NCBI GenBank assembly: GCA_034530875.2
Contig: JAVRCJ020000025.1
Span: 49,824-113,823 of the forward strand
DNA: 64,000 nt
DNA from: Nostoc sp. DedSLP01
GTDB lineage: Bacteria > Cyanobacteriota > Cyanobacteriia > Cyanobacteriales > Nostocaceae
Reading direction: 5' to 3'
The notes beneath the pieces are model-generated. The model saw only the letters and a list, made by a program, of their open reading frames with translations. It did not search any database and was not told the origin of the DNA. Both the position numbers and the translations under genes were made by a program. Shown in pieces: positions 8,793-19,100 of this stretch (position 1 is the first letter of the stretch; every line of letters starts with the position of its first letter).

Positions 8793-9854
8793 CTAGATAT
8801 CTTTCATAAATACAGTTAAACCTGTCTGGGCAGCTCTTTGGGCAGCATCAGCAATTTTTAGAGCATACAAGCTTTCCTCTGGGGTAACGTACAAAGGAGT
8901 GCCATTAAAAAGATGGTCTAACACCATAATTGTGTCTTTGGCGAACAAACCCCGGCGAGGGCCAACCTCTATATTTGTTGTTTCCCCTGGCTGGATAAAA
9001 AGTCCTGTGTCGCCATCAAAAACTAAACCGCCCTTTTCCCCGTGAACTTCAAATTTGCGTTCTGACTGCCAAAGAGTTTCGCCTTTGCCGTAGATTACTT
9101 GGGCTAAAAGTCCACTGTTAAAGGAGAGTTGGCTAATACATAAGCAACTTTGGTAATATTCTGATTCTGTTTGCCAATATCGCTGGTGACAGTTAACACT
9201 AAATACTTTACCAAACAAATCTGTGAGACGGTGTAGGCGCGACAAGGCACCAATTAACGGAAAACCGAAAAGCTCATGGTTGTAAGTCCATTTTCGGGGT
9301 GCAGGATTTTGGGGATTGATGGTGCTGTAGCGGACATAAAATACTTCACCAATTTTGGCTAAGTTTTGCTTCAAAGCTTGATGCACGCCACCCAAAAGTT
9401 CTAGATGTTCGACGTGAAGGAGTTTTTGTTGTGTTTTAGCTAAGGCGATGAGTTCTTCAGCTTCTGCCACATCCAGCGAAAGCGGATACTCGACAATTAC
9501 ATGTTTGCCATTGGTAAGTGCTGCACGAGCGATCGCACCATGATCCCGATTCACCGTGCAAATTACCACCAGATCTATATCTCGGCGTTCTACTAGCTGT
9601 TCCCAAGAACTCAAAGCTTCAATTTCATACTCTTTGGCAAAGGTTTGGGTTTTATCTGTTGTATGACCGACAACTGCGACTAAGTGCGATCGCTTAACCT
9701 CTTGTTCCCGCATTCGCTCATCATTCAGAAACGCCTCAGCGCGGAACTTTGCCGCATATCCAGTACCGACCAAACCTACACGCACTTTTGCTTTTTCCAA
9801 AGCTGCTTTTGAATTATACACGATATTTCCTAGTTCTATTTTCGATCCTCTCAC
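8793..9854 (-). CDS. bvdR: Gfo/Idh/MocA oxidoreductase, probable biliverdin reductase (start may lie ~10-25 codons downstream)
   Basis: VGLVGTGYAA Rossmann motif, KHVIVEYP, EHLELLGG; position between map and petF as in other Nostocales. Confidence 0.75.
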   Translation of the reverse strand: MRGSKIELGNIVYNSKAALEKAKVRVGLVGTGYAAKFRAEAFLNDERMREQEVKRSHLVAVVGHTTDKTQTFAKEYEIEALSSWEQLVERRDIDLVVICTVNRDHGAIARAALTNGKHVIVEYPLSLDVAEAEELIALAKTQQKLLHVEHLELLGGVHQALKQNLAKIGEVFYVRYSTINPQNPAPRKWTYNHELFGFPLIGALSRLHRLTDLFGKVFSVNCHQRYWQTESEYYQSCLCISQLSFNSGLLAQVIYGKGETLWQSERKFEVHGEKGGLVFDGDTGLFIQPGETTNIEVGPRRGLFAKDTIMVLDHLFNGTPLYVTPEESLYALKIADAAQRAAQTGLTVFMKDI

Positions 9855-10116
9855 GCTAGTAGTACTATTTCTTATTCATTCATGGACATGAGGGATTGGA
9901 ACTTGTGGGGAGATAGGGTGGTGGGGTGAAATTCTCGTCCCATTTCCCAGAAAATTGTTATTTCGCGATCGCAGCCCGATTATATCAAGCTATTTATAAA
10001 CAAAACTTATCTGTATTAACTAACTAAATTTCATTACTAATCGGGGTCATTTTACTGTTACATGAATTAATTTTTCCCGTAGTATCAGAATTGAAGCAAA
10101 TTAATAAAGCGGCTAA

Positions 10117-10488
<372 letters not shown>

Positions 10489-10629
10489 AAATTAGGCGTC
10501 TCAACAATAAATCTCTTGCAAGAGTTACTGATGTTGAAATAATAGAAGCAACGGATTTATGAGAAATATTCTCCCGGTGGTTATGTATCATTTCTCATGA
10601 TAGTTTGACAAAAAGCCTAATTTTATAAG

Positions 10630-10665
10630 AAAGCAGGAACATCAAATTTAGTGTGTTCCTGCTTT
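10630..10665. terminator. Bidirectional rho-independent terminator between convergent petF and spoIID-like genes
   Basis: AAAGCAGGAACA / TGTTCCTGCTTT 12-bp inverted repeat. Confidence 0.75.
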
Positions 10666-10684
10666 ATTAATATGTTTATAGGTG

Positions 10685-12352
10685 TCAATTGGTGAGTTGT
10701 TTGCTGAGAGTTTTGATTTCAGTCTCAGGATAGTAGAATTGCAGAATTTTCTGATTCGACCAACCAAGTTTAGCTAAATTTTGAGCGCCAGTTTGACTCA
10801 AGCCGACTCCATGTCCCAACCCACCGCCAATAAAGGCGTATCCCCATAGTTCTGGTTTGCCTTTGTTCAAAGGTTCTATATAAAAAAGCGTACTTGTGGG
10901 AGCAGCAAAAGCGCTGCGAACCTCGTCTTTGTGGAGAATAAAGATACTCTTATCCGTTTTCACTGCGAGTTCCAGAATACGTCCACTCTCGCTTCGCTTC
11001 ACCACAGCCATAGCCTGAATTGTTTTAAATTTGGCATGAGGACTGTTTTTCACCTGCAAAAATTTCTGTAAGTCTTTGATAATATCCTCTAAGGGGGTTT
11101 CCCTGCGCCAACGAAACATATTCCACTCAGTTTCATTAAATCCTTGCCGCATATTAATAAACTTTTGGAAGTTCTTTTCATCGGCTAAACTTTGCTTCGA
11201 TAAGTTCCAAAGATTAGTAGCAGCATCGATTACAGGACGCAGATAAGGACGATCTTCACCATTCCAAACATCGCTAAAGGAAGCGGTAACGCCGCCGGTG
11301 GTGGAAGAATATAAGGCGTCTATTAGTTCGTTTTTATAAGTTAGTACCTTACCCCTGGTTGTAGCGATCGCTTTATCTGTTTTCGCAGCTGCTCCATTCA
11401 ACCCATAATAAACTTGGCAGTGAGTATCAGCGCACAACTGGTAATTATCTGCCGCAAACCTATGTAAATTTCTCAAGGCATAAGTGCGAGCAAGAATTGC
11501 TTGAGCTTCTAGCGCTGCTGTTGGTGCATCCGTACCTATTTCATAAGGCACAACCCCACGCAAATAAGTTTCTAAGGGTACTTGATTAACTAAAGTGTAT
11601 GTCCCATAAGCATTTGGTTGTAAATTTAGCCGTCCTGAATACAAACGAGCATTTTCTGGCTTATCGCTTTTATTCACCCGAATTAAGTTTTTTTCTGTGC
11701 TAATTTCCAACTTATCCGGGCTGTAGCGCTTATTATCCACCACCCAACTGACTCGCGGTACTTGTTTCAAAACTTTGGTATCAAGATATGCTTTTTCTTG
11801 ATTAGCAGCTTGGATGTTCTGCAATAACAAACGCCGCAATAAAGGAGTGCTGTAAACATCGCGTTTCGCCCAAACTTGCCAGCGTTCTGGTTGGGCTATT
11901 TCTACTTCGATTCCCTGAGAACGCCATTTTTTGGCACTGTCTTCCGCAGTTTCAAAGGTGCGGTATGTACCCAAGACTACAACTTCCTCAACCTCCGACT
12001 GAGGTAAAGCTTGCATTACTGTTTCCAGCTTTACAGGCTTATTGGTAACCACTATTTGCTGCTTGTTGCCCGTTTGAAATTTTAACTTTAAGCGATCGCC
12101 TTTTGTCGGTTCCAGTTGCAGCTTGGCTGTGGCTTGGGCGCCAAATCGCTGCACAATCCCAATTTTCAGTTCTACATCCTGGATATTGCTCTCAGGCCCC
12201 GATGCCGCAGTCAGCCCCAATAGGCTAAATGTCGTCACTACAGTGTAGGAAAAACGCCAAAAGGAAAATTTCATAGGTAGCTGATTTTGCCCCTTAATGC
12301 GGCGTTGGAGCTGGTTTTCCAATTGCTTTGTAACGCGGTCTTTTTGTCGCAT
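10685..12352 (-). CDS. SpoIID/LytB domain protein (peptidoglycan lytic transglycosylase/amidase enhancer); start uncertain (12352 or 12274)
   Basis: LETYLRGVVPYE, ALEAQAILARTYA, CADTHCQVY, GHGVGLSQTGA, ILQFYYP. Confidence 0.9.
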   Translation of the reverse strand: MRQKDRVTKQLENQLQRRIKGQNQLPMKFSFWRFSYTVVTTFSLLGLTAASGPESNIQDVELKIGIVQRFGAQATAKLQLEPTKGDRLKLKFQTGNKQQIVVTNKPVKLETVMQALPQSEVEEVVVLGTYRTFETAEDSAKKWRSQGIEVEIAQPERWQVWAKRDVYSTPLLRRLLLQNIQAANQEKAYLDTKVLKQVPRVSWVVDNKRYSPDKLEISTEKNLIRVNKSDKPENARLYSGRLNLQPNAYGTYTLVNQVPLETYLRGVVPYEIGTDAPTAALEAQAILARTYALRNLHRFAADNYQLCADTHCQVYYGLNGAAAKTDKAIATTRGKVLTYKNELIDALYSSTTGGVTASFSDVWNGEDRPYLRPVIDAATNLWNLSKQSLADEKNFQKFINMRQGFNETEWNMFRWRRETPLEDIIKDLQKFLQVKNSPHAKFKTIQAMAVVKRSESGRILELAVKTDKSIFILHKDEVRSAFAAPTSTLFYIEPLNKGKPELWGYAFIGGGLGHGVGLSQTGAQNLAKLGWSNQKILQFYYPETEIKTLSKQLTN

Positions 12353-12408
12353 GAGTGCTCCAATGATACCATTACCAGTTTTGCCCCAAATAAATATTAC
12401 TTGCAAAA

Positions 12409-12427
12409 CAAAGTCATAATGAGTATG
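12409..12427 (+). promoter_or_regulatory. Putative FurC (PerR) box upstream of srxA-dps
   Basis: CAAAGTCATAATGAGTATG, an imperfect 19-bp palindrome resembling the Anabaena FurC box as I recall it; lies just upstream of a peroxide-stress gene. Confidence 0.55.
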
Positions 12428-12470
12428 ATTTATTTAGAGATACAAAAGAGAATTAATCGATAAACTCCTT

Positions 12471-12734
12471 ATGGTCAGAGTCCAGGAAATTCCATTAAAT
12501 CAGATTAAACGCCCCTTGCCCCGTACAAACGATCCAAATAAAGTAAAAGCCTTAATGGAATCGATTGCCGAGATTGGGCAGCAAGAACCGATAGATGTCC
12601 TCGAAGTAGATGGACAATATTATGGCTTTTCTGGTTGCCATCGGTATGAAGCTTGCCAGCGCTTAGGCAAAGAAACCGTTTTGGCCAGAGTCCGTAAAGC
12701 ACCCCGCAGCGTTTTGAAGATGCACTTGGCGTAG
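12471..12734 (+). CDS. srxA: Sulfiredoxin (ParB-like fold)
   Basis: PIDVL...YYGFSGCHRYEA catalytic motif. Confidence 0.92.
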   Translation: MVRVQEIPLNQIKRPLPRTNDPNKVKALMESIAEIGQQEPIDVLEVDGQYYGFSGCHRYEACQRLGKETVLARVRKAPRSVLKMHLA

Positions 12735-12845
12735 GGAATGGGGCAAGGGGCAAGGGGGAAAAGAAAGATCCCTCCTTTTCCCTTTTCCCTTTTCCCTTTC
12801 CCCAAGGCGTTGCCATCTCCCCATGCCCAATATCCAATCCCCAAT
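12735..12845. repeat. STRR tracts, inverted G-rich/C-rich pair
   Basis: ggggcaa x2, tttccct x3, cccaat repeats. Confidence 0.75.
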
Positions 12846-12872
12846 TACATATAACCCAATTAGGAGAAAATT

Positions 12873-13364
12873 ATGTCATCAGAAGTAACAGTCAAAAATC
12901 TGAATATCGGCATTGACGATGCGAGTCGGGCTAAAATTGCCGAGGGATTATCTCGGTTGTTGGCTGACACCTACACGCTGTATTTGAAAACTCATAATTT
13001 TCATTGGAATGTAACTGGGCCGATGTTCCAAACTTTGCACCTAATGTTTGAGACCCAGTATACAGAATTAGCGCTAGCAGTTGATTTAATTGCTGAGAGA
13101 ATTAGAGCGCTTGGCTATCCTGCACCAGGAACCTACAGCGAATATGCCAAATTAAGTTCGATTCCAGAAACTCCTGGAGTTCCGAAAGCTGTGGACATGA
13201 TTAAGTTACTAGTGGAAGGACAAGAAGCTGTAGTCAGAACTGCACGCTCTATTTTTCCAGTAGTGGACGAAGTTAACGACGAACCTACTGCTGATTTGTT
13301 GACTCAGCGGATGCAAGTACATGAAAAGACAGCTTGGATGCTGAGAAGTTTGCTGGAAGAATAA
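12873..13364 (+). CDS. dps: Dps family DNA-protection/ferritin-like protein
   Basis: [33 protein letters not shown]. Confidence 0.96.
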   Translation: MSSEVTVKNLNIGIDDASRAKIAEGLSRLLADTYTLYLKTHNFHWNVTGPMFQTLHLMFETQYTELALAVDLIAERIRALGYPAPGTYSEYAKLSSIPETPGVPKAVDMIKLLVEGQEAVVRTARSIFPVVDEVNDEPTADLLTQRMQVHEKTAWMLRSLLEE

Positions 13365-13489
13365 TAATAGGGCATAGGGCATAGGGAATGGCGCATGGGA
13401 AGATGGAAAAATGGGAGCAGAGGAGAAGTGACAATAGTATTTTCCCTCTGCCCCTAGAACCTCTTCCAATGCCCCATGCCGCATACCCA

Positions 13490-14143
13490 ATGCCCAACAT
13501 TGATTTCACCCAAAAGTTACAAAATTTAATGCAACGAGTGGGTATTTCTAGTTTTAAAGCCCTTAGTCGTGCTGCTGGCGTTTCTGAACGTCAGCTTTTA
13601 CGGTTACGGCAAGGAGAAGTTGAGCAGATGCGGATAGATGTGCTGCTGAAGCTGTCGCCAGTGCTACAGATATCATTAAGCGAATTAGTCACAACTTTCT
13701 CAAATATAGAATTATTAAAAGAGACGGCAGCACCAACTCAAGAATTATTACAAGAAATTGCAAATTTAAAAATAGAGTACGATCGCTTGCAGTCGCAACT
13801 AGAAAGCCAGCGAGAGTTATTATTACAAGAACTCCAGCAGTCAACCTTACAACTGCTGGAGTCTTTGTTGTTGCAATGGCCGACGGCAGCAAAAAAAGCC
13901 CAGGAAGATCCAGAGTTTCCAGCAGTCAAAATAGTGCCGTTGGTGCAGAAACCCTTAGAAAAGCTTTTACAGGAGTGGGGAGTACAAGCGATCGCATCAG
14001 TGGGAGCAGAAGTACCCTACGATCCCCAACTCCACCAATCGATCCAAGGAACAGCACAACCCGGAGAAATAGTCAAAGTACGCTACACTGGCTACCTTCA
14101 AGGTGACAAGCTGCTTCATAGAGCCAGAGTCAGCCCTGTGTAA
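13490..14143 (+). CDS. XRE/Cro-type HTH + coiled coil + GrpE-like C-terminal domain protein (likely start ATG 13490)
   Basis: N-terminal SFKALSRAAGVSERQLLRL...LKLSPVLQISLSEL HTH; C-terminal VPYDPQLHQ...VKVRYTGY..GDKLLHRARV GrpE head; the upstream ORF extension is STRR-derived. Confidence 0.8.
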   Translation: MPNIDFTQKLQNLMQRVGISSFKALSRAAGVSERQLLRLRQGEVEQMRIDVLLKLSPVLQISLSELVTTFSNIELLKETAAPTQELLQEIANLKIEYDRLQSQLESQRELLLQELQQSTLQLLESLLLQWPTAAKKAQEDPEFPAVKIVPLVQKPLEKLLQEWGVQAIASVGAEVPYDPQLHQSIQGTAQPGEIVKVRYTGYLQGDKLLHRARVSPV

Positions 14144-14144
14144 A

Positions 14145-14342
14145 AGGGCATAGGGTATGGGGGAAGCAGGAGGTGTGGGAGGTGTGGGAGGTGTGGGAAG
14201 AAATCTTCCCCCCTTTCTCCCCACACTCCTCCATCTCGTCATCTCCTCCCTTTCTCCCCACACTCCCCACACCTCCTACTTCCCCCATCTCCCCACACTC
14301 CCCACACTCCTCCATCTCCCCATCTCCCCTGCTCCCTCTCCC
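14145..14342. repeat. Long STRR block (ggtgtggga / ccccacact units), inverted arrangement
   Basis: ggaggtgtg x3 followed by many ctccccaca/ccccatct units. Confidence 0.85.
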
Positions 14343-14502
14343 GAAGTCAGGAATTAGAACTTCACAGTTAGGAGTTATAAATCACGACTTCTAACTTTTG
14401 GTATACACATGGGGAATACTAAACAGCATAAGTCATCCTTCAAAGAACTTCTTTGAGAGCGAAGCTACATTCTAAACTCTAGTTACAAACAGGACTTAGG
14501 GT

Positions 14503-16014
14503 ATGCAAATGGACAACAAAATAGATGAGTCCTGCAATCAATTATGGGAATTTGCCAGTTATTGTCCACTCAGGCATCAACAGATACTCCAGCAAGCTGA
14601 TGCAGAACTGGAAAGACGGGTACAAGAACGGACTAGAGAACTACTAAAAACGAACGAGGCACTAGGGGCTGAGATTATCGAATGTCAACGGCAGCAAGCG
14701 CAACTGCAAGAGAAAGAGCAATTCTTTCGCACCGTCTATAATGGCTCCGAACATCTGATATTTGTGGTAGATGTTCGAGAAGATGGTGACTTTCGCTTCG
14801 CAGGTTGGAACCCTGCCACAGAACGTGTTACTGGTGTAAGTAGCGCCCAGGCAATTGGTCAAACACCAGAAGATTTACTCGGTATTGTCGATGGTACAGC
14901 AGTTCGTCAGAGATATGTAAGATGTCTGGAAACTGGTACAGCTATTACCTACGAAGAATGCGTGAATTTTAAGGGCGAACAAATTTGGTCGCTAACTACT
15001 ATTAATCCACTAAAAGACAGTCAAGGTAGAATTAATCGGTTAATAGGAACGACGGTTCATATCACTGACCGTATCCGCGCAGAAACTCAGTTAAAGCAGC
15101 AGGCACAAGAGTTAGAATATGCCCTCAATGAACTCCAGCAAACTCAAATTCAGCTTGTTCAAAGTGAGAAAATGTCAAGTTTGGGACAATTGGTGGCAGG
15201 CGTTGCTCATGAAATCAATAACCCTGTGAACTTCATTTACGGGAATCTTACTCACGCCAACGAATACATCCAAGACTTAATAAGATTTCTACAACTTTAC
15301 CAACAACTCTATCCTCATCCCATAGCTGAACTCGAAGAATTAGCAGCGGAAATAGACTTAGAGTTTGTAATCGAAGACTTGCCTAAACTACTCAGTTCAA
15401 TGAAAGTTGGCGCACAGCGAATTAGAGAGATTGTTTTATCTTTACGCAATTTCTCCCGTATGGATGAGGCTGAGATGAAAGAGGTAGATATTCATGAGGG
15501 AATCGATAGTACTCTAATGATTCTCGAACATCGCATTAAGGGTACGGCTGAGCGGCCTGCCATTGAAGTTATCAAAGAATACGGTGACTTGCCATTGGTA
15601 GAGTGTTATGCTGGGCAACTCAATCAGGTATTTATGAATATTTTGGCAAATGCGATCGATGCACTTGAAGAGTCATTTGTCGTTCGTAATTCATCATTGG
15701 TGTCACAGGAATTGCCGATCGCAGATTGCAAAGGCAAAATGAATTGTCCTCAAATTCGCATTCGTACTCAATTATTAGAGACAAATCAAGTAAGCATCGC
15801 CATTGCTGACAATGGACTAGGAATACCGAAGGAAGTGAAACAGCGGCTTTTCGATCCTTTCTTCAGTACCAAGCCTATTGGCAAAGGCACTGGTATGGGG
15901 TTGTCTATTAGCTACCAAATTATTTCACAAAAACATAATGGGAGGTTGGAATGTATTTCTCAGCCAGGTAGCAGCGCTGAGTTTCTAATTACTATTCCTC
16001 GAAGCCAAAATTAA
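14503..16014 (+). CDS. PAS-domain sensor histidine kinase
   Basis: PAS (WNPATER...TGVS), H-box LVAGVAHEINNP, N-box QVFMNILANAIDA, DNGLG, FFSTKPIGKGTGMGL. Confidence 0.95.
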   Translation: MQMDNKIDESCNQLWEFASYCPLRHQQILQQADAELERRVQERTRELLKTNEALGAEIIECQRQQAQLQEKEQFFRTVYNGSEHLIFVVDVREDGDFRFAGWNPATERVTGVSSAQAIGQTPEDLLGIVDGTAVRQRYVRCLETGTAITYEECVNFKGEQIWSLTTINPLKDSQGRINRLIGTTVHITDRIRAETQLKQQAQELEYALNELQQTQIQLVQSEKMSSLGQLVAGVAHEINNPVNFIYGNLTHANEYIQDLIRFLQLYQQLYPHPIAELEELAAEIDLEFVIEDLPKLLSSMKVGAQRIREIVLSLRNFSRMDEAEMKEVDIHEGIDSTLMILEHRIKGTAERPAIEVIKEYGDLPLVECYAGQLNQVFMNILANAIDALEESFVVRNSSLVSQELPIADCKGKMNCPQIRIRTQLLETNQVSIAIADNGLGIPKEVKQRLFDPFFSTKPIGKGTGMGLSISYQIISQKHNGRLECISQPGSSAEFLITIPRSQN

Positions 16015-16359
16015 ATTACTAATTAAATGCTGGAGAATAATTTGATTTTTGATTATAGTTTGGGAGAGCTAAAAGTAAACGATAGATTTTAAACTTAAAT
16101 TCCTTAAATTTTTATAATTATAAATTTTGATGATTGGAATAATTTATGCGATAGTTATTGATAATTTATCGGAGCGATCGCTAATTTGAAATAATCAACA
16201 GTGAATACTTATCAAAGCTATAGCTATGGATTAAAAAAAGTGAACATTCTATCAAAATCTAATTTTATTTTTGCTATTTTCAGAATTTTTAAATTTTCTA
16301 ATATGGGTATATAATAGCAAAATCAGAACAATATTTACACAAATCAGCGTGAAATAATT

Positions 16360-16686
16360 ATGAAAGAAGAAGTCAAAGTTATTAAACTCAGTGGTAATCT
16401 TAACGCCACTACTTCACAAGAATTTAGGCAAAGTATTACTAAAATTATTGAAGTTGGCGTGAAAATTGTCTTACTTGATTTTCAAGATGTAACTTTTATG
16501 GATAGTTCTGGATTAGGAGCTTTAGTATTAGCTTTCAAAACTTTAAGAGCAGCAGATATTAAGCTTGTTATCTGTTCGATTAACGAGCAAGTCAGAATAT
16601 TATTTGAACTAACTAATATGGATAAAATATTTGAAATATTCCCGACTGAAGAAGCATTTAATCAAGTTCTAATATCCAAAAGTTAA
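16360..16686 (+). CDS. STAS-domain anti-sigma factor antagonist
   Basis: LDFQDVTFMDSSGLGAL with the phosphorylatable Ser. Confidence 0.92.
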   Translation: MKEEVKVIKLSGNLNATTSQEFRQSITKIIEVGVKIVLLDFQDVTFMDSSGLGALVLAFKTLRAADIKLVICSINEQVRILFELTNMDKIFEIFPTEEAFNQVLISKS

Positions 16687-17823
16687 TTAATCAAATTGAA
16701 TTTGCAATATAGATAAATCATCATCAAAACCATCTTTGGAGTTTAGAGCAATTAAATAACTCAATACCTGTTCGAGTTGGTTATCAAGAGAGTTTTGCAA
16801 GCTAACTAATAACTGAATAAAAGCATCTAAACTCCAAAGTGTGCCATCTGATTTAGGAATTTCATAAGCACCATCGCTAAAAATATAAAGAGTACTGAAT
16901 TCTTCAATATTACAAAATCCATCAATATATTTTGCTTCTGGAAACATTCCAACTGGCATACCTGGGGTTTTCAAGAGTTGAACCTCAGCTTTTCTAGGAG
17001 TTGTGCCAGCGATTAAAACTGCTGGTGGATGACCTGCACTAGCATAAATTAGCTGGCGATTTATTCGGTTATAAACTCCATACCAAATAGTAAAGTATTT
17101 GTCATTTTGATAATTCATCTGAAAGGTATCATTCAAAGCCTTTAACACTTCACTCGGCTGATAGTAATTCAGACCTTTTAAGGCACGAGAACGAAGCAAA
17201 TTCATCACCGAAACAGAAGGGAGGGTGGCTTTGAGTCCGTGTCCAGCAGTATCCAACAAGTAAACTGCTAAATAATTGTCATCAAGCCAGTAATAATCGA
17301 AACAGTCACCGCCGAGTTGCCGTGAGGGAAGGAATCGAAAATTGATGTTGAAGGGTTCACTCATGGGAAAAGGCAGAAGCGATCGCACATATTCTGCGGC
17401 TTCTGACATTTCTGATTCCAAAAGCAACTTTTGAGTCTGCAAATCTCTACTTAATTGATGCAGCCGTAATCCTGCTCTTACCCGTGCTTGTAATTCATTA
17501 TGCTCGATAGGTTTAGAGATAAAATCATCAGCGCCAGCATCCAATCCTTTAACACAATCGGCAACAGAATCTAAGGATGTTAATAAAATAAAGAATGTCG
17601 TGGAAAATTTAGGGTCTGTTTTTATGCGGTGACAGACTTCCAACCCATTCAATCCTGGCATAATCCAATCACAAATAATTAGTGCTGGATGGCAAGTTAA
17701 CGCTTTTTCTATTCCTTCCTCACCGCTACTGGCAGCAATTACCTCATACCCCTGTTTTTCCAACATCCTTTTGAGGAATGTTTTTATTGAATGGTCGTCA
17801 TCAATTATTAATATTTGATACAT
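16687..17823 (-). CDS. Response regulator receiver + PP2C/SpoIIE phosphatase (RsbU/RsbP-like)
   Basis: REC: ILIIDD, CDWIMP, SKP; PP2C: GGDCFD, DTAGHG, SAGHPP, FSDG, DDLS. Confidence 0.93.
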   Translation of the reverse strand: MYQILIIDDDHSIKTFLKRMLEKQGYEVIAASSGEEGIEKALTCHPALIICDWIMPGLNGLEVCHRIKTDPKFSTTFFILLTSLDSVADCVKGLDAGADDFISKPIEHNELQARVRAGLRLHQLSRDLQTQKLLLESEMSEAAEYVRSLLPFPMSEPFNINFRFLPSRQLGGDCFDYYWLDDNYLAVYLLDTAGHGLKATLPSVSVMNLLRSRALKGLNYYQPSEVLKALNDTFQMNYQNDKYFTIWYGVYNRINRQLIYASAGHPPAVLIAGTTPRKAEVQLLKTPGMPVGMFPEAKYIDGFCNIEEFSTLYIFSDGAYEIPKSDGTLWSLDAFIQLLVSLQNSLDNQLEQVLSYLIALNSKDGFDDDLSILQIQFD

Positions 17824-18124
17824 AGTGTGATGTTGCAGGAACCACTAATTAATAATTTGCTTTAAACATAGAAAAATAAAAGACAATATGGGCAACTTCC
17901 TGCCCACTCAAAGAATACATAATTTTTTAACTAAGTGTAAAATAGAGGCTGCACGGTCTTTTAGCCTTCAATTATGAAGAATGCCGTCGCCAATAACCAA
18001 AAGAGATAGATAGGTAATATTATGACCAAAATTGAGTAATATATTAGTAACATTTCTGTAATAATATTACTAACATATTTTGATTTTTGTGCAGAATTAA
18101 TGAGTTTTTGATAGTTATCAAATA

Positions 18125-18892
18125 TTATGGGGGTGCAAGTGGATTCAGCCACAAGAGAATCGAGTTTTTTAGCTGATTTAAGTCTCGATAAGCCTCTTGT
18201 TTAAACCATTGCCCTAAGGCGTCAAAGGGAGTGAAAGATGTTCCTGTTTGCCATTTAATATCTTGACCTAGAGGTGTCGTATGAGTTCCTGGTAAAGTTT
18301 GTGCTGTCACCATTTCACCAAAACGTTCTTGCAAAATTTTAGTTAAAGCCGTCGATTGATCAATGGTATCGTTGTTAAATTTGATTAATAAATTGCGCCG
18401 GATATTGTATTGGTCTCGGACAAGTTGATTAGTTTCCAATGGTGAGGGGGTAAACTCGATTTTCAAAGTAGAATTGAATTGTTCTACTAGGGGAATAGCT
18501 TCTTTAGCGGCGTAGTTGTTGAAAGATATTAAAATGTTACCTGCGCGTTCAACTTTAAAAAGACTGCCAATTAATAAGTGAAGTTTACACCCCATACTGT
18601 GTCCCACACCATAAATCGGCAAGTAAAGCTTGCGCAATGCCCCAGAGTCTTGTAAGCGTTCGATGGTGCGGTCAAAGTTGAGCAGCACAGATTTGGCGAT
18701 CGCTGTATGATCCAAGGTATTAACGAAAGGCGTAGCAATGACTGCGTAACCTTTACTTGCCACTTGTTCCAGTAGCCAGCGATAAGTGAGGTGGGGTGCA
18801 GTGGCAACGAAAGCACCTCCCAAAAAATGGATGATACCTATAGGATTTCGGGGAATGATTACCCAGTTACCTCTAACTTCTTTCCAGTCCAT
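18125..18892 (-). CDS. DUF1350 family alpha/beta-hydrolase-like protein
   Basis: IHFLGGAFVATAP, GVGHSMGCKLHLL, ISFNN, GTHTTP. Confidence 0.85.
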   Translation of the reverse strand: MDWKEVRGNWVIIPRNPIGIIHFLGGAFVATAPHLTYRWLLEQVASKGYAVIATPFVNTLDHTAIAKSVLLNFDRTIERLQDSGALRKLYLPIYGVGHSMGCKLHLLIGSLFKVERAGNILISFNNYAAKEAIPLVEQFNSTLKIEFTPSPLETNQLVRDQYNIRRNLLIKFNNDTIDQSTALTKILQERFGEMVTAQTLPGTHTTPLGQDIKWQTGTSFTPFDALGQWFKQEAYRDLNQLKNSILLWLNPLAPP

Positions 18893-19100
18893 GTGGATAA
18901 GCGATCGCTTGATGAATATTATTTTATGGTAGACCGGGGATCGCGGTCATGGGAAGCATTATGTTAACTCATCCCCCAGCCACAAACTGGAGGATTTCGA
19001 GTCATTAGGGATTAGCGATTAGTTATTAGCCCTTAAAACAACGAAAATCATCTGCTTGTTCCCTGCTATAAAAAACTAGCTTTATCCTAAATACTTTTTT

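Noticed and set aside
12505..13509. Antisense ORFs over srxA/dps and the N-terminal extension of the HTH-GrpE ORF from 13388
   Set aside because: Shadow frames, or STRR-derived sequence.
13997..14394. Several overlapping short ORFs (e.g. MEECGECGEM..., MGEAGGVGG...)
   Set aside because: They are translations of STRR tracts with low complexity and no credible RBS.
16198..16258. Imperfect direct repeat GTGAA...TATCAAA upstream of the STAS gene
   Set aside because: Too degenerate in very AT-rich DNA to tell from chance.
17961..18152. 63-aa hydrophobic ORF overlapping the DUF1350 3' end
   Set aside because: AT-rich DNA gives hydrophobic ORFs by chance; it overlaps the upstream gene and has no clear RBS. 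A 30-aa product cannot be fully excluded.
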